Assembly (NCBI GenBank): GCA_017450905.1 | Contig: JAFSST010000050.1 | Location: 1 to 55,314, forward strand | Origin: Alphaproteobacteria bacterium | Lineage (GTDB): Bacteria; Pseudomonadota; Alphaproteobacteria; Rs-D84 | Reading direction: 5' to 3' | DNA: 55,314 nt | Shown: one piece after another, positions 37,354-46,366 of the stretch | Numbering within the stretch: the first letter of the stretch is position 1 | Layout: each line of letters opens with the position of its first letter | Translations under genes and position numbers: made by a program | Notes under the pieces: model-generated | Database searches by the model: none | Seen by the model: the letters and a program-made list of their open reading frames with translations, nothing else | Told to the model about the DNA's origin: nothing

Positions 37354-38070
37354 CTAATTCGCAGCGGTAAATACCTTTTGAACATCGTCATTGGCATCCA
37401 ACGCATCGACTAATTTTTCAATTTTTGCATAAGATTCTTCATCCAAATCCATTGGCATATTTGGAATCCATGTCAATTCTGCACTTTCTGGTTCGCCCAA
37501 TACGTCTGCGATTTTCTTTTGAACAGTCATAAAATCATCCGGCTTGGTTGTGATGATAAAACCTTCCTCGGATGTTTCTAAATTGTCGGCATCGGCATCC
37601 ATGATGATTTCCATCATTTCGTCTTCGGTTTTGCCGATACTGGCCGGATATAAAATCTGACCTACGCGGGTAAACATAAATACAACGCTGCCCTCTTCGC
37701 CCATATTTCCGCCATTTTTGGCAAAGATATTGCGGACTTCGGGAACTGTTCTGCGTGGATTGTCGGTCAAAGCCTCGACAATAACGGGAACGGCACCCGG
37801 ACCATATCCTTCGTAACGGACGGCAACATAGTTTTCGGTACTGGAACCCGAAGCCTTGTCAATTGCACGTTTGATATTATCGTTTGGCATTGAATTTTTA
37901 CGTGCCTGTAAAATAGCCAATCTTAAACGCGGGTTGTTATCCGGGTTTTTATCACCCAATTTTGCCGCCATTGTAATTTCACGTGCCAGTTTGGTAAACA
38001 AACCGCTGCGTGCCGCATCCGCCAGACCTTTCTTGTGCTGGATATTATGCCACTTGCTGTGTCCACTCAT
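37354..38070 (-). CDS. yebC: YebC/PmpR family DNA-binding transcriptional regulator
   Basis: MSGHSKWHNIQHKKG... canonical N-terminus. 238 aa. Confidence 0.9.
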   Translation of the reverse strand: MSGHSKWHNIQHKKGLADAARSGLFTKLAREITMAAKLGDKNPDNNPRLRLAILQARKNSMPNDNIKRAIDKASGSSTENYVAVRYEGYGPGAVPVIVEALTDNPRRTVPEVRNIFAKNGGNMGEEGSVVFMFTRVGQILYPASIGKTEDEMMEIIMDADADNLETSEEGFIITTKPDDFMTVQKKIADVLGEPESAELTWIPNMPMDLDEESYAKIEKLVDALDANDDVQKVFTAAN

Positions 38071-38121
38071 TGTTTGACCTTTTGATTAAATTAGATTAAA
38101 ATTACGGCAAAAGGATAGCAA

Positions 38122-38703
38122 ATGATTGGAAAATTGCAAGGTGTAATTGATTATATCGGTGATGGTTTCATAATTTTAATGGTGTCTGGTGTCGGATACA
38201 AGGTTTACACACCGGAAATCTTGACCCCGGGGGCCACTGTTTCATTATGGATTGAAACCGTTGTTCGTGAAGATTCCATACGATTATTTGGTTTTTCATC
38301 CCTGGCCGGCCAGAATTTATTCAATATGTTAACGGGTGTGTCTGGCGTTGGCCCCAAGGTTGCAATGGCAATAATGGGGACAATTAAAACAGATACTCTT
38401 TTGACCGCAATCGCAACGGGCGATGCAAAAACTATCGCAACCGCCCCGGGTGTTGGCAAGAAAGTCGCCGAAAAAATTATAGTTGAATTAAAGTCCAAGG
38501 TTGGCGGCACATCTTTTTCAATGGATTTTGGTGGTGAAACCGCATCGGGCGTTTTAACCGATTTGTTGGCGGCATTGGAATCTTTGGGATACCGCCGTAT
38601 GGACGTTGTTGAAATGGCACAAAAATTGGTGTCTGGAAACCCAACAACCGATGTTGCAAAACTGGTTCCAATGGCATTAAAAGAAATAAGTGGAAATAAA
38701 TAA
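38122..38703 (+). CDS. ruvA: Holliday junction branch migration complex subunit RuvA
   Basis: MIGKLQG...GVGYKV OB-fold start, HhH motifs GVSGVGPKVAMAI and APGVGKKVAEKI, and a C-terminal domain III. Confidence 0.9.
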   Translation: MIGKLQGVIDYIGDGFIILMVSGVGYKVYTPEILTPGATVSLWIETVVREDSIRLFGFSSLAGQNLFNMLTGVSGVGPKVAMAIMGTIKTDTLLTAIATGDAKTIATAPGVGKKVAEKIIVELKSKVGGTSFSMDFGGETASGVLTDLLAALESLGYRRMDVVEMAQKLVSGNPTTDVAKLVPMALKEISGNK

Positions 38704-40004
38704 TGAATAATAACGATACTATTTTTGCGGTTTCATCCGGACATGGAAAATCTGGCGTTGCGGTTATCCGTATATCGGGCAACGATTTGAAAAATTTCGC
38801 GGAAAAACTTATTGGTTGCACACCATTGGTTCCACGTCATACATATTTCAAAAATTTATGTGATGAAACCGGCGAAATTATCGACCAATGCGTTATCATA
38901 TATTTTGCCGCACCGCACAGTTTTACCGGCACAGATGTTATTGAAATTCATTCACACGGTGCACCAGCGGTTATAAATAAAATTTTTGATTTTTTGAAAA
39001 CAAAAAATATGCGTCTTGCAACACCTGGTGAATTTTCACGGCGTGCATTTTATGCGGGCAAAATGGATTTAACCGATGTTGATGGATTGGCGGCACTGTT
39101 GGATGCCGAAACGGATATCCAACGTAAATCTGCATTGCGTTCTATGATGGGCGGGGACGGCGAAACGTATAACGCGTGGCGTAATGATATGATTGAGATT
39201 TCCGCCTATGCGGCGGCTATGTTGGATTACAGCCCGGATGATTTACCCGCAAACATTTATGAACGCGTCATAGAAAAAACAAAAAAACTTTATTCCGAAA
39301 TATCAAACGCATTATCCAGATACAAAACGGCACGTGCAATTCGCGGCGGTGTGAACATCGCAATTATTGGCGAAACAAATGTCGGAAAGTCTTCATTGTT
39401 TAATGCGATACTGGGGACATCGCGTGCGATAGTTTCAGACATTCCCGGGACAACCCGTGATGTTGTATCGGCATCGGTTGATATGGGTGGATATTTGGTA
39501 AATCTGTCGGATACGGCCGGATTGCGTGAAACATCGGACACGGTTGAAAAAATCGGAATCGACCGCACACACGATGAAATAAAAAATGCTGATTTAATTA
39601 TACACGTTATTACCCCGAACGACACACCAAACAATGTTTCATCGGGTGAATTGTTGGTTATAAACAAGTGCGACACAACAAATACCCAAAATATCAAAAA
39701 CGCGATTTATGTTTCCGCAAAAAATAACATCGGTGTTGATGAACTAGTAAAAACAATAACGTCAAAAATCCGTGAAATTACCGATGGTTCTGAATCTGGT
39801 TTGATGATAAATGCCCGAACATACGAATTATTAAAAACGGCACAATCTGAATTAGAAAACGCAATTGAAAAATCTGACGGCGATTATGACATATTGTCCG
39901 AACATGTCCGTTATGCGGCGGATGCAATTGGAAAAATACTTGGCACTATCAGCACGGCGGACATATTGGATGCGACATTTTCACAATTGTGTTTAGGAAA
40001 GTAA
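38703..40004 (+). CDS. mnmE: tRNA modification GTPase MnmE
   Basis: DTIFAVSSGHGKSGVAVIRISG, G1 GETNVGKSSLFN, DTAGLRET and the C-terminal CLGK motif. The start overlaps the ruvA stop (TAATG). Confidence 0.9.
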   Translation: MNNNDTIFAVSSGHGKSGVAVIRISGNDLKNFAEKLIGCTPLVPRHTYFKNLCDETGEIIDQCVIIYFAAPHSFTGTDVIEIHSHGAPAVINKIFDFLKTKNMRLATPGEFSRRAFYAGKMDLTDVDGLAALLDAETDIQRKSALRSMMGGDGETYNAWRNDMIEISAYAAAMLDYSPDDLPANIYERVIEKTKKLYSEISNALSRYKTARAIRGGVNIAIIGETNVGKSSLFNAILGTSRAIVSDIPGTTRDVVSASVDMGGYLVNLSDTAGLRETSDTVEKIGIDRTHDEIKNADLIIHVITPNDTPNNVSSGELLVINKCDTTNTQNIKNAIYVSAKNNIGVDELVKTITSKIREITDGSESGLMINARTYELLKTAQSELENAIEKSDGDYDILSEHVRYAADAIGKILGTISTADILDATFSQLCLGK

Positions 40005-40031
40005 AAACCGCCCAAAAGGGCGGCTTTTTTT
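40003..40031. terminator. bidirectional rho-independent terminator (mnmE / acyl-CoA synthetase)
   Basis: AAAAACCGCCC-AAAA-GGGCGGCTTTTTTT. Confidence 0.7.
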
Positions 40032-40058
40032 ACATGGTTCATACAATAACAACACTAA

Positions 40059-41639
40059 TCATTCTTTCCTTATCGTATATTTGCCATCAATCAAATTCTG
40101 GCGAACGATATGATGTTTGACCTTTTGGGTGCTGGTTGTTGGCAAATCTTCGGTTGTCATAGCAAAATGAGTAACCCATTTATACGATGCAACCTTTTTA
40201 TTTGCGTTTGCAACCGCCGCCGCTAATTTTTCCAATGTCATATCTTTTTCGACACTGAATACGCCGTATGCAACGGTTTTATCCTTGACCTTGTGTTCAA
40301 AAACCGCAACATTTTTAACACCCGGGATTGTAATAAACAGACCTTCTAATTCATCAGGATAAACATTTTTACCACTGTCCAAAACAATCACTTGTTTTTT
40401 ACGTCCGGCAAAATGCAATTCGCCATTTTTATCCATGGAAACCATATCGCCAGTATTAAAGAAACCACGTTCGTCAAACACTTCGCGATTAACGGCATCA
40501 TTGTTCATATACCCACCAAAAACCTGATTTCCACGAATCCACAAGATTCCAACACCATCCTCGTTTTTATCGCGAATTTCAACCTCGTTATTCGTTGTTG
40601 GTGCACCGAATGCGAACGGGACACGTCCCTTGCACGGTTTGGAAATACAAATTGGCCCAACGGTTTCCGTCATACCAAACCCCTGGATAAACCCAAGCCC
40701 CAAATCAACGAAAAAGTTTTCAATTTCCGGCTTGGTCGCAGCACCACCAGCAATCAGCAACCTGGCACGACCGCCAAACACATCCAAAACCGGCTTGAAC
40801 GCCTTGTCCACCAGTTTGGAAAGCCCAATTTTACGCAATAATTTCTGATGTTTCAGGATAAACGAAAACAGCATCCATTTTTTCTGGGACTTGATTGTAT
40901 CAATAATTTTATTACGGAAAACTTCGAACAAACGCGGAACCGCCGGTATAATTTGCGGACGATATTGTTTGAAATCCGCCAAAATTTCCTTTGGATTGAC
41001 GGTCGGTTGTAACAAAACACCGGCCCCATATTCCAACGTAGCCAAAATTTCAACCGCAAAGCCAAAAATATGATACATTGGCAAAAATCCATACAAAACA
41101 TCACCTGCCGACAACCATTCACGCATATCCAACAATGAATTTGCACACTCTATTAAATTATAGTGCGTAAGTGGTACAACCTTTGGCGTGCCAGTTGAAC
41201 CAGATGTAAACGACAACGTTGCTACATCGGTGTCCTTTAATTTCGCAGGTTTCAATTTTGAATTGATTTTGCCATCCTTGGATGTGATATCAAAAAACTT
41301 GAACTTTTGTGTTTTATAGAAAAATGATTTTTCCGCACAAACAAATTTGCACTTGGTAATAGATGCCATATTATCATATTCGAACGGTGTCAAATTTGTA
41401 TCCAATAATAAAACCGTTCCACCCAAATACCATATTGCAAACAGAGTAATTGGAAATTGAGGTATATTGTGCGATAAAATACCAACGACATCACCGGCAC
41501 CAACGCCCGCGTCATGCAACGATGCCGCACGTTTTTTTACCAAATCCATAAAACCTGTATATGTTACATTTTCGCGAACTAAATATAACACATCAGGATA
41601 CTTTTTAGTGGTTTGCTCCAAAAATTGAAACATATTCAT
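40059..41639 (-). CDS. AMP-dependent synthetase/ligase (long-chain acyl-CoA synthetase-like)
   Basis: AMP-binding motif LSFTSGSTGTPKVV, YGMTE-like GFGMTETVG, and GDMVSMDKNGELHFAGRKK. Confidence 0.8.
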   Translation of the reverse strand: MNMFQFLEQTTKKYPDVLYLVRENVTYTGFMDLVKKRAASLHDAGVGAGDVVGILSHNIPQFPITLFAIWYLGGTVLLLDTNLTPFEYDNMASITKCKFVCAEKSFFYKTQKFKFFDITSKDGKINSKLKPAKLKDTDVATLSFTSGSTGTPKVVPLTHYNLIECANSLLDMREWLSAGDVLYGFLPMYHIFGFAVEILATLEYGAGVLLQPTVNPKEILADFKQYRPQIIPAVPRLFEVFRNKIIDTIKSQKKWMLFSFILKHQKLLRKIGLSKLVDKAFKPVLDVFGGRARLLIAGGAATKPEIENFFVDLGLGFIQGFGMTETVGPICISKPCKGRVPFAFGAPTTNNEVEIRDKNEDGVGILWIRGNQVFGGYMNNDAVNREVFDERGFFNTGDMVSMDKNGELHFAGRKKQVIVLDSGKNVYPDELEGLFITIPGVKNVAVFEHKVKDKTVAYGVFSVEKDMTLEKLAAAVANANKKVASYKWVTHFAMTTEDLPTTSTQKVKHHIVRQNLIDGKYTIRKE

Positions 41640-41708
41640 AATTAAAAATCCTTGTTGTTTTTGTAAAACCTGACTACTATTATATCCATAAAAGGAAAGA
41701 TTGCAAAT

Positions 41709-42479
41709 ATGAAAATACTAACGTTAAATATAAATTCTATCCGTGCACATGCGGAATCTTTTATAAACCTGCTGAAATCCGGCGAATATGACACATTTTT
41801 GGTCCAGGAATTAAAGGTTGAAACCGCGGCGTTTCCACATAACTTGTTTGACGAATACGGATATAATATCAAAGTTTATGGTCAAAAAAGTTGGAACGGG
41901 GTCGCGACTTTTTCTAAATTTTCTATTGAAGATGTTGTTCGTGGTATGCCGAATTACCCTGATGTAAATGCACGTTTCTTGGAAACGGTGATTGATGGAC
42001 GAATCCGAATTATAAATGTATATATGCCGAACGGCGATACAATCCAATCACCAAAATTCGCATACAAATTGGAATGGATGCGTGCATTTACCGAATATAT
42101 TAAACAGTATATCAATTCGGACGAGGCTGTAATTATTGGTGGCGATTTCAATGTCGCAATAAACGACCGCGATATATGGAATCCAAAAAACTATATCGGG
42201 TCCAGTATTTCGGCCCCCGAGGCACGTGAAATAATGCAGGTCTGGATTGATTCAGGATGGATGGATGTATGGCGTGATATGCATCCGGATGAAAATGATT
42301 TTACATGGTATGGATATCGGGGTGGTGATACGGTTGGCAAAAAGCAGGGGTTGCGTCTGGACTATTTTTTGGCAAATCATACGGCACAAAAAATTATAAA
42401 ATCGTGCGAGATTGACATTACCCCCAGAACGGCCGACAAACCCACGGACCATTGTGGATTGATGATAAAAATCGATTAA
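41709..42479 (+). CDS. xthA: exodeoxyribonuclease III
   Basis: MKILTLNINSIRA, QELK, GDFNVA, DYFL and TDHCGL: EEP-fold AP endonuclease motifs. Confidence 0.9.
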   Translation: MKILTLNINSIRAHAESFINLLKSGEYDTFLVQELKVETAAFPHNLFDEYGYNIKVYGQKSWNGVATFSKFSIEDVVRGMPNYPDVNARFLETVIDGRIRIINVYMPNGDTIQSPKFAYKLEWMRAFTEYIKQYINSDEAVIIGGDFNVAINDRDIWNPKNYIGSSISAPEAREIMQVWIDSGWMDVWRDMHPDENDFTWYGYRGGDTVGKKQGLRLDYFLANHTAQKIIKSCEIDITPRTADKPTDHCGLMIKID

Positions 42480-44995
42480 TCGCGTTCATCCGCACGGGCA
42501 AAATCATCGCAAATTTTATATTTTGCATCGCCTGTTTTATAATACGGATACCCCGCATCACCGGTGCAATACATATTGAACGCTTCGGTTACCTTGGCAA
42601 CAGCGGCGTTTATCATCTCCAATGTTTGCACACTGTCATATTCAATAATTCTTACATCGCCGGATTTTAATTGTAAAAATTGCATTATTGGATTTTGGCT
42701 TTTACTGGTTGTATACATTTTAAATCCGCCATTTTTTAACATTAACGCCTCTAATGGTAATTGTGGCATAACACCAGACAACAATTTAGTTTTACCCGGT
42801 GCCATACCGGTTTTAATATCCAACACTCCACCATCCCATATTCGGTCTGCACGTGCACGAACAGTTCGATTGGCTATTTTGGTTTGACCGGAAATTTCCA
42901 CACTGGCCCCCTGGGTCCCAGACAACATTTTCGATGCCATTGGTGCGATTTCAATAAAACGCCGATGCCAAAAATGAAAAATCAAATTATTATGTCCCAG
43001 TTTTTCAATTGCTAATCTGTCCATTTCGGCAATCAGTGATGTTTCTGAAACATCCTTAGCGTTTTCCAAAACCGAATGAACTAAATTTCCAAAATCACGT
43101 GCATCAACCCCCGCCCAATAATCATTTTCAGGTCTTAACCTTAATATATGTCGCACATAAAACAAATACGGATTATGTATCAGGTTTTCTAATTCTGTAA
43201 CAAAAACATCGGACCAATCCGCAGGTGGAACCGGAGTATCATAATTCAATGGTTTTGATTCAACAACATCACGATTACGAACCGCCGCCAATATATCACA
43301 AGATAAATCTTTATCAAACACACCACCCGCAACAATAACACGTGATAAAAATCTTGATTCCTGGGTTTGAACGGAACCAGACAACCGACTGCATAACCAA
43401 AAAACCGATGAATTACACGATAAATTCATAAAATCCATCGCCATCAACGATACCTTGTGATTGGGCGATGGAACACCAATCGCAGTAGCAACCGCACGCG
43501 GCAACCACGGGTTTTCGTATCCAGTTGCCGGGAACATACCTTCGTTCAATCCGGTCAAAATCACGACATCAGCCGTTTGCATTCGCGATTCTATCGTCCC
43601 CAGAACAATAACATCGGCGTTTGAATTCATCACACCGCGAATACGAATATCAGACAAACAGTCGTATATAAATGCACGCGCATCATTCAAACTCAATTTC
43701 ATTTTATATTGGGACAAGCAATCAGATAATTTTTGAATTTGATTCCAAACCTGTATTGATTCTTCATCGTCAATCGTGAATTTCGGGGCAAACGCCGCAT
43801 CAAATTTTTCGACCATTTCGGAAACAGTATCAAATAAATTGTAATCCTTGGATGTATAAATTCCATCAAACAGATTATTACCCGATTCTATCCATTCATC
43901 CATCAGGTTTAATATCGCCCGCCCCGCCGGAACGGTCGCACCCGAAACACCACCGGAAAAATCTGCAACTATGCCACACCGTAGAAATTCAGACATCAAT
44001 CGTTGATTGGCGGCCGCATCAGGTGTTATAACCAAAACGGTTTTATGGTCCGCGATACTGCGTTTGGCAATCTCTGACACGGTGGCGGCCTCTTCGGCTT
44101 CGTTATTACATTCAACCAAATGACAGTTACTTAAATCATAATCCGAACGGTTTGAAACATCGTTTCCAAACGCACGATTCATAAAATCAATGTTTGATGT
44201 GCCAACATCTAATTCCGTTACATCGGATTCATTTAATCCCATTTCAGACAAAAACATATACTCCGAATTATATGGATTTGTATCCATGGAAAAATCTTGG
44301 ACCGAACCAGATATTTTTCCCGACAAAATTATGCGTCCAAACGGGATACTGGCAATATATCGCATCAATTTACGCGTAACAGGAACACTGGCGGTTGAGC
44401 CACAAACGATAACCAATGATTTTTCCGGGACCAGTTTTTTGATATAATCAATCCACCCAAGAATCATTTTATTTCGATGCCTGGTTTCACTCTCGCAACC
44501 GGCAAAAATATCATTTTGACATTGTTGCAAAATTTCGAACAATTGGGCCTTGTCTTGAAAATGTTTTGCATATTTTTCATCAACCAAACCGGACCAGTTA
44601 ATATCAGAAATATCTTTATCACTGTTTTCCAAATAATCTTGCATCGTAACCAACGAACGGGCAACCGGCAACGCCGCAGATAATGTTCGAACACTGGACA
44701 AACCAGACAACAAATACGCCATCGCAACAACACGTTCCAATGTCGACACCGCACCAACATCCACATCATCAACATCTTGATTGAAACCTTCGCCCAGTGC
44801 AACCAAACGAGGCAACAAAACCGCGTGTCCCGAACGTTCAACAATCATTTTTTCAACACTGCGAACTGCACGGCGACTGGGCAGAAAAATCAACATATCC
44901 GACAAATCAATCCCGGAATCACACATTATACGCCATAATCCGTCCATTATTTTTGCCGGATTAGAAACACAAAAAATGTTTTTATTTGATTCCAA
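42476..44995 (-). CDS. addB: double-strand break repair protein AddB (alphaproteobacterial type)
   Basis: 839 aa. Inactivated helicase-like N-terminus (IFLPSRRAVRS), and a C-terminal PD-(D/E)XK nuclease with RADRIW...VLDIKTG and terminal Cys residues. Confidence 0.75.
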   Translation of the reverse strand: MESNKNIFCVSNPAKIMDGLWRIMCDSGIDLSDMLIFLPSRRAVRSVEKMIVERSGHAVLLPRLVALGEGFNQDVDDVDVGAVSTLERVVAMAYLLSGLSSVRTLSAALPVARSLVTMQDYLENSDKDISDINWSGLVDEKYAKHFQDKAQLFEILQQCQNDIFAGCESETRHRNKMILGWIDYIKKLVPEKSLVIVCGSTASVPVTRKLMRYIASIPFGRIILSGKISGSVQDFSMDTNPYNSEYMFLSEMGLNESDVTELDVGTSNIDFMNRAFGNDVSNRSDYDLSNCHLVECNNEAEEAATVSEIAKRSIADHKTVLVITPDAAANQRLMSEFLRCGIVADFSGGVSGATVPAGRAILNLMDEWIESGNNLFDGIYTSKDYNLFDTVSEMVEKFDAAFAPKFTIDDEESIQVWNQIQKLSDCLSQYKMKLSLNDARAFIYDCLSDIRIRGVMNSNADVIVLGTIESRMQTADVVILTGLNEGMFPATGYENPWLPRAVATAIGVPSPNHKVSLMAMDFMNLSCNSSVFWLCSRLSGSVQTQESRFLSRVIVAGGVFDKDLSCDILAAVRNRDVVESKPLNYDTPVPPADWSDVFVTELENLIHNPYLFYVRHILRLRPENDYWAGVDARDFGNLVHSVLENAKDVSETSLIAEMDRLAIEKLGHNNLIFHFWHRRFIEIAPMASKMLSGTQGASVEISGQTKIANRTVRARADRIWDGGVLDIKTGMAPGKTKLLSGVMPQLPLEALMLKNGGFKMYTTSKSQNPIMQFLQLKSGDVRIIEYDSVQTLEMINAAVAKVTEAFNMYCTGDAGYPYYKTGDAKYKICDDFARADERD

Positions 44996-45536
44996 TTGTC
45001 ATCCTTACCGCATCCAATCCCGTCTTTTTTTCGGCCGATGTTTCCAAAATTTCTGTGAACATCGCCGGATGAGAATCAGGGTTTATATTAACCTGGTCCG
45101 TATCACGAACACGTTTATCTTTTTTGGTATAAATAATTTGATACGATATCCCATTGGCATCACAGAAATCCATTAATTCTAAATCAGAATCACGTGGACC
45201 AATTCGCGAATCAATCAATATAAATAAACGTTTTAATTGCCGCCGGCTTGTAATATATTCCTGGAATCGGACCAACCAACGTTCAGCGTTTTCTTTGGAT
45301 GTCCGGGCATAACCATATCCGGGTAAATCAACAATCATTATTCTGTCCCCGACATTGAACAGATTCAACGTTTGTGTTCGTCCAGGTGTGTTTGATGTTC
45401 GGGCAATTTTTTCACCGACAATTGCATTTATCAATGATGATTTTCCGACATTACTGCGGCCCGCGAAAGCAAATTCCGGGAATTGCGTTTTTGGTAAATC
45501 ACGAACATTTTCAAAACCACCAACAAATTTTATCAT
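44982..45536 (-). CDS. engB: ribosome biogenesis GTP-binding protein EngB/YihA
   Basis: FAGRSNVGKSSLINAI, DLPGYGYA and TKKDK motifs. Confidence 0.9.
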   Translation of the reverse strand: MIKFVGGFENVRDLPKTQFPEFAFAGRSNVGKSSLINAIVGEKIARTSNTPGRTQTLNLFNVGDRIMIVDLPGYGYARTSKENAERWLVRFQEYITSRRQLKRLFILIDSRIGPRDSDLELMDFCDANGISYQIIYTKKDKRVRDTDQVNINPDSHPAMFTEILETSAEKKTGLDAVRMTIGIK

Positions 45537-46330
45537 TTGTTTTCACCCTTGTTCAACAGCCGCCTGTATGCTTCCTTTTTTGATATTCTGGCACGTTGGG
45601 CCAAAGATGCCGCCGCACCCTTGGTTGACGATGCAACAACATCATTGACAATCTCACTAATTTCAGCATCAGACATTTTATGTTCCGGTGCCGGTGCAAC
45701 AACCAAAACGATTTCACCCTTTGGGGATTCCATATTCACCAAATCAGCCGGATACCCGATAATTGTTTCTTCGTGAATTTTGGTTATTTCACGAACAATC
45801 GCAATTTGACGTTCAGGCATAACACGTGCCAACGCCGCAATCGTAGATTTTATACGATTTGGACTCTCGTAATATATAATTGTATGGCGGATTTTATTAT
45901 CATCGCGTAATTTTTTTTCATCAAAAAAACCACAAAACGTAAATCTGTCGGTTGGGAAACCACTTAACACCAATGCGGATATTACCGCCGTTGGTCCCGG
46001 AACAACAAACACCGGAACGCCGGCCATACGTGCCGCCCGAACTATTCGAAAACCCGGATCGCTGATTCCAGGCATCCCCGCATCGGTCACAACCGCAATT
46101 GATGCCCCAGAACGAATTTTTTCAATCAAGCCATCAATAACTTCGCGTTCATTGTGTTCATGGCACGATACGCGTTTTGTTTTTATATCGAATTTGGCGG
46201 CGATTTTTCCAAAAACACGTGTATCTTCGGCCGCGACCAGGTCAACATTTTTCAAAACTTCAATCGCCCTGGGGCCAATATCCCCCAGATTTCCAATAGG
46301 TGTTCCAACAATATAAAGCCCTGTTTGCAT
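45533..46330 (-). CDS. rsmI: 16S rRNA (cytidine1402-2'-O)-methyltransferase RsmI
   Basis: LYIVGTPIGNLGDI, AAEDTR and TDAGMPGISDPG tetrapyrrole-methylase-fold motifs. Confidence 0.9.
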   Translation of the reverse strand: MQTGLYIVGTPIGNLGDIGPRAIEVLKNVDLVAAEDTRVFGKIAAKFDIKTKRVSCHEHNEREVIDGLIEKIRSGASIAVVTDAGMPGISDPGFRIVRAARMAGVPVFVVPGPTAVISALVLSGFPTDRFTFCGFFDEKKLRDDNKIRHTIIYYESPNRIKSTIAALARVMPERQIAIVREITKIHEETIIGYPADLVNMESPKGEIVLVVAPAPEHKMSDAEISEIVNDVVASSTKGAAASLAQRARISKKEAYRRLLNKGENK

Positions 46331-46366
46331 TTATTAATCCTTTGTAGTAGAATGATACAAAATAAA

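Noticed and set aside
46154-46366. N-terminal extension of the LpoA-like ORF overlapping rsmI; analogous extensions at 54082-54264 (rmuC), 21613-21681 (serS), 34798-34878 (MFS) and 35335-35424 (secB)
   Set aside because: The extensions overlap neighbouring genes or run through terminator hairpins. The internal ATGs restore canonical N-termini (lipobox, TM helix, MLDIKFIRENP, MAKFNLIQQF) and have better Shine-Dalgarno context.
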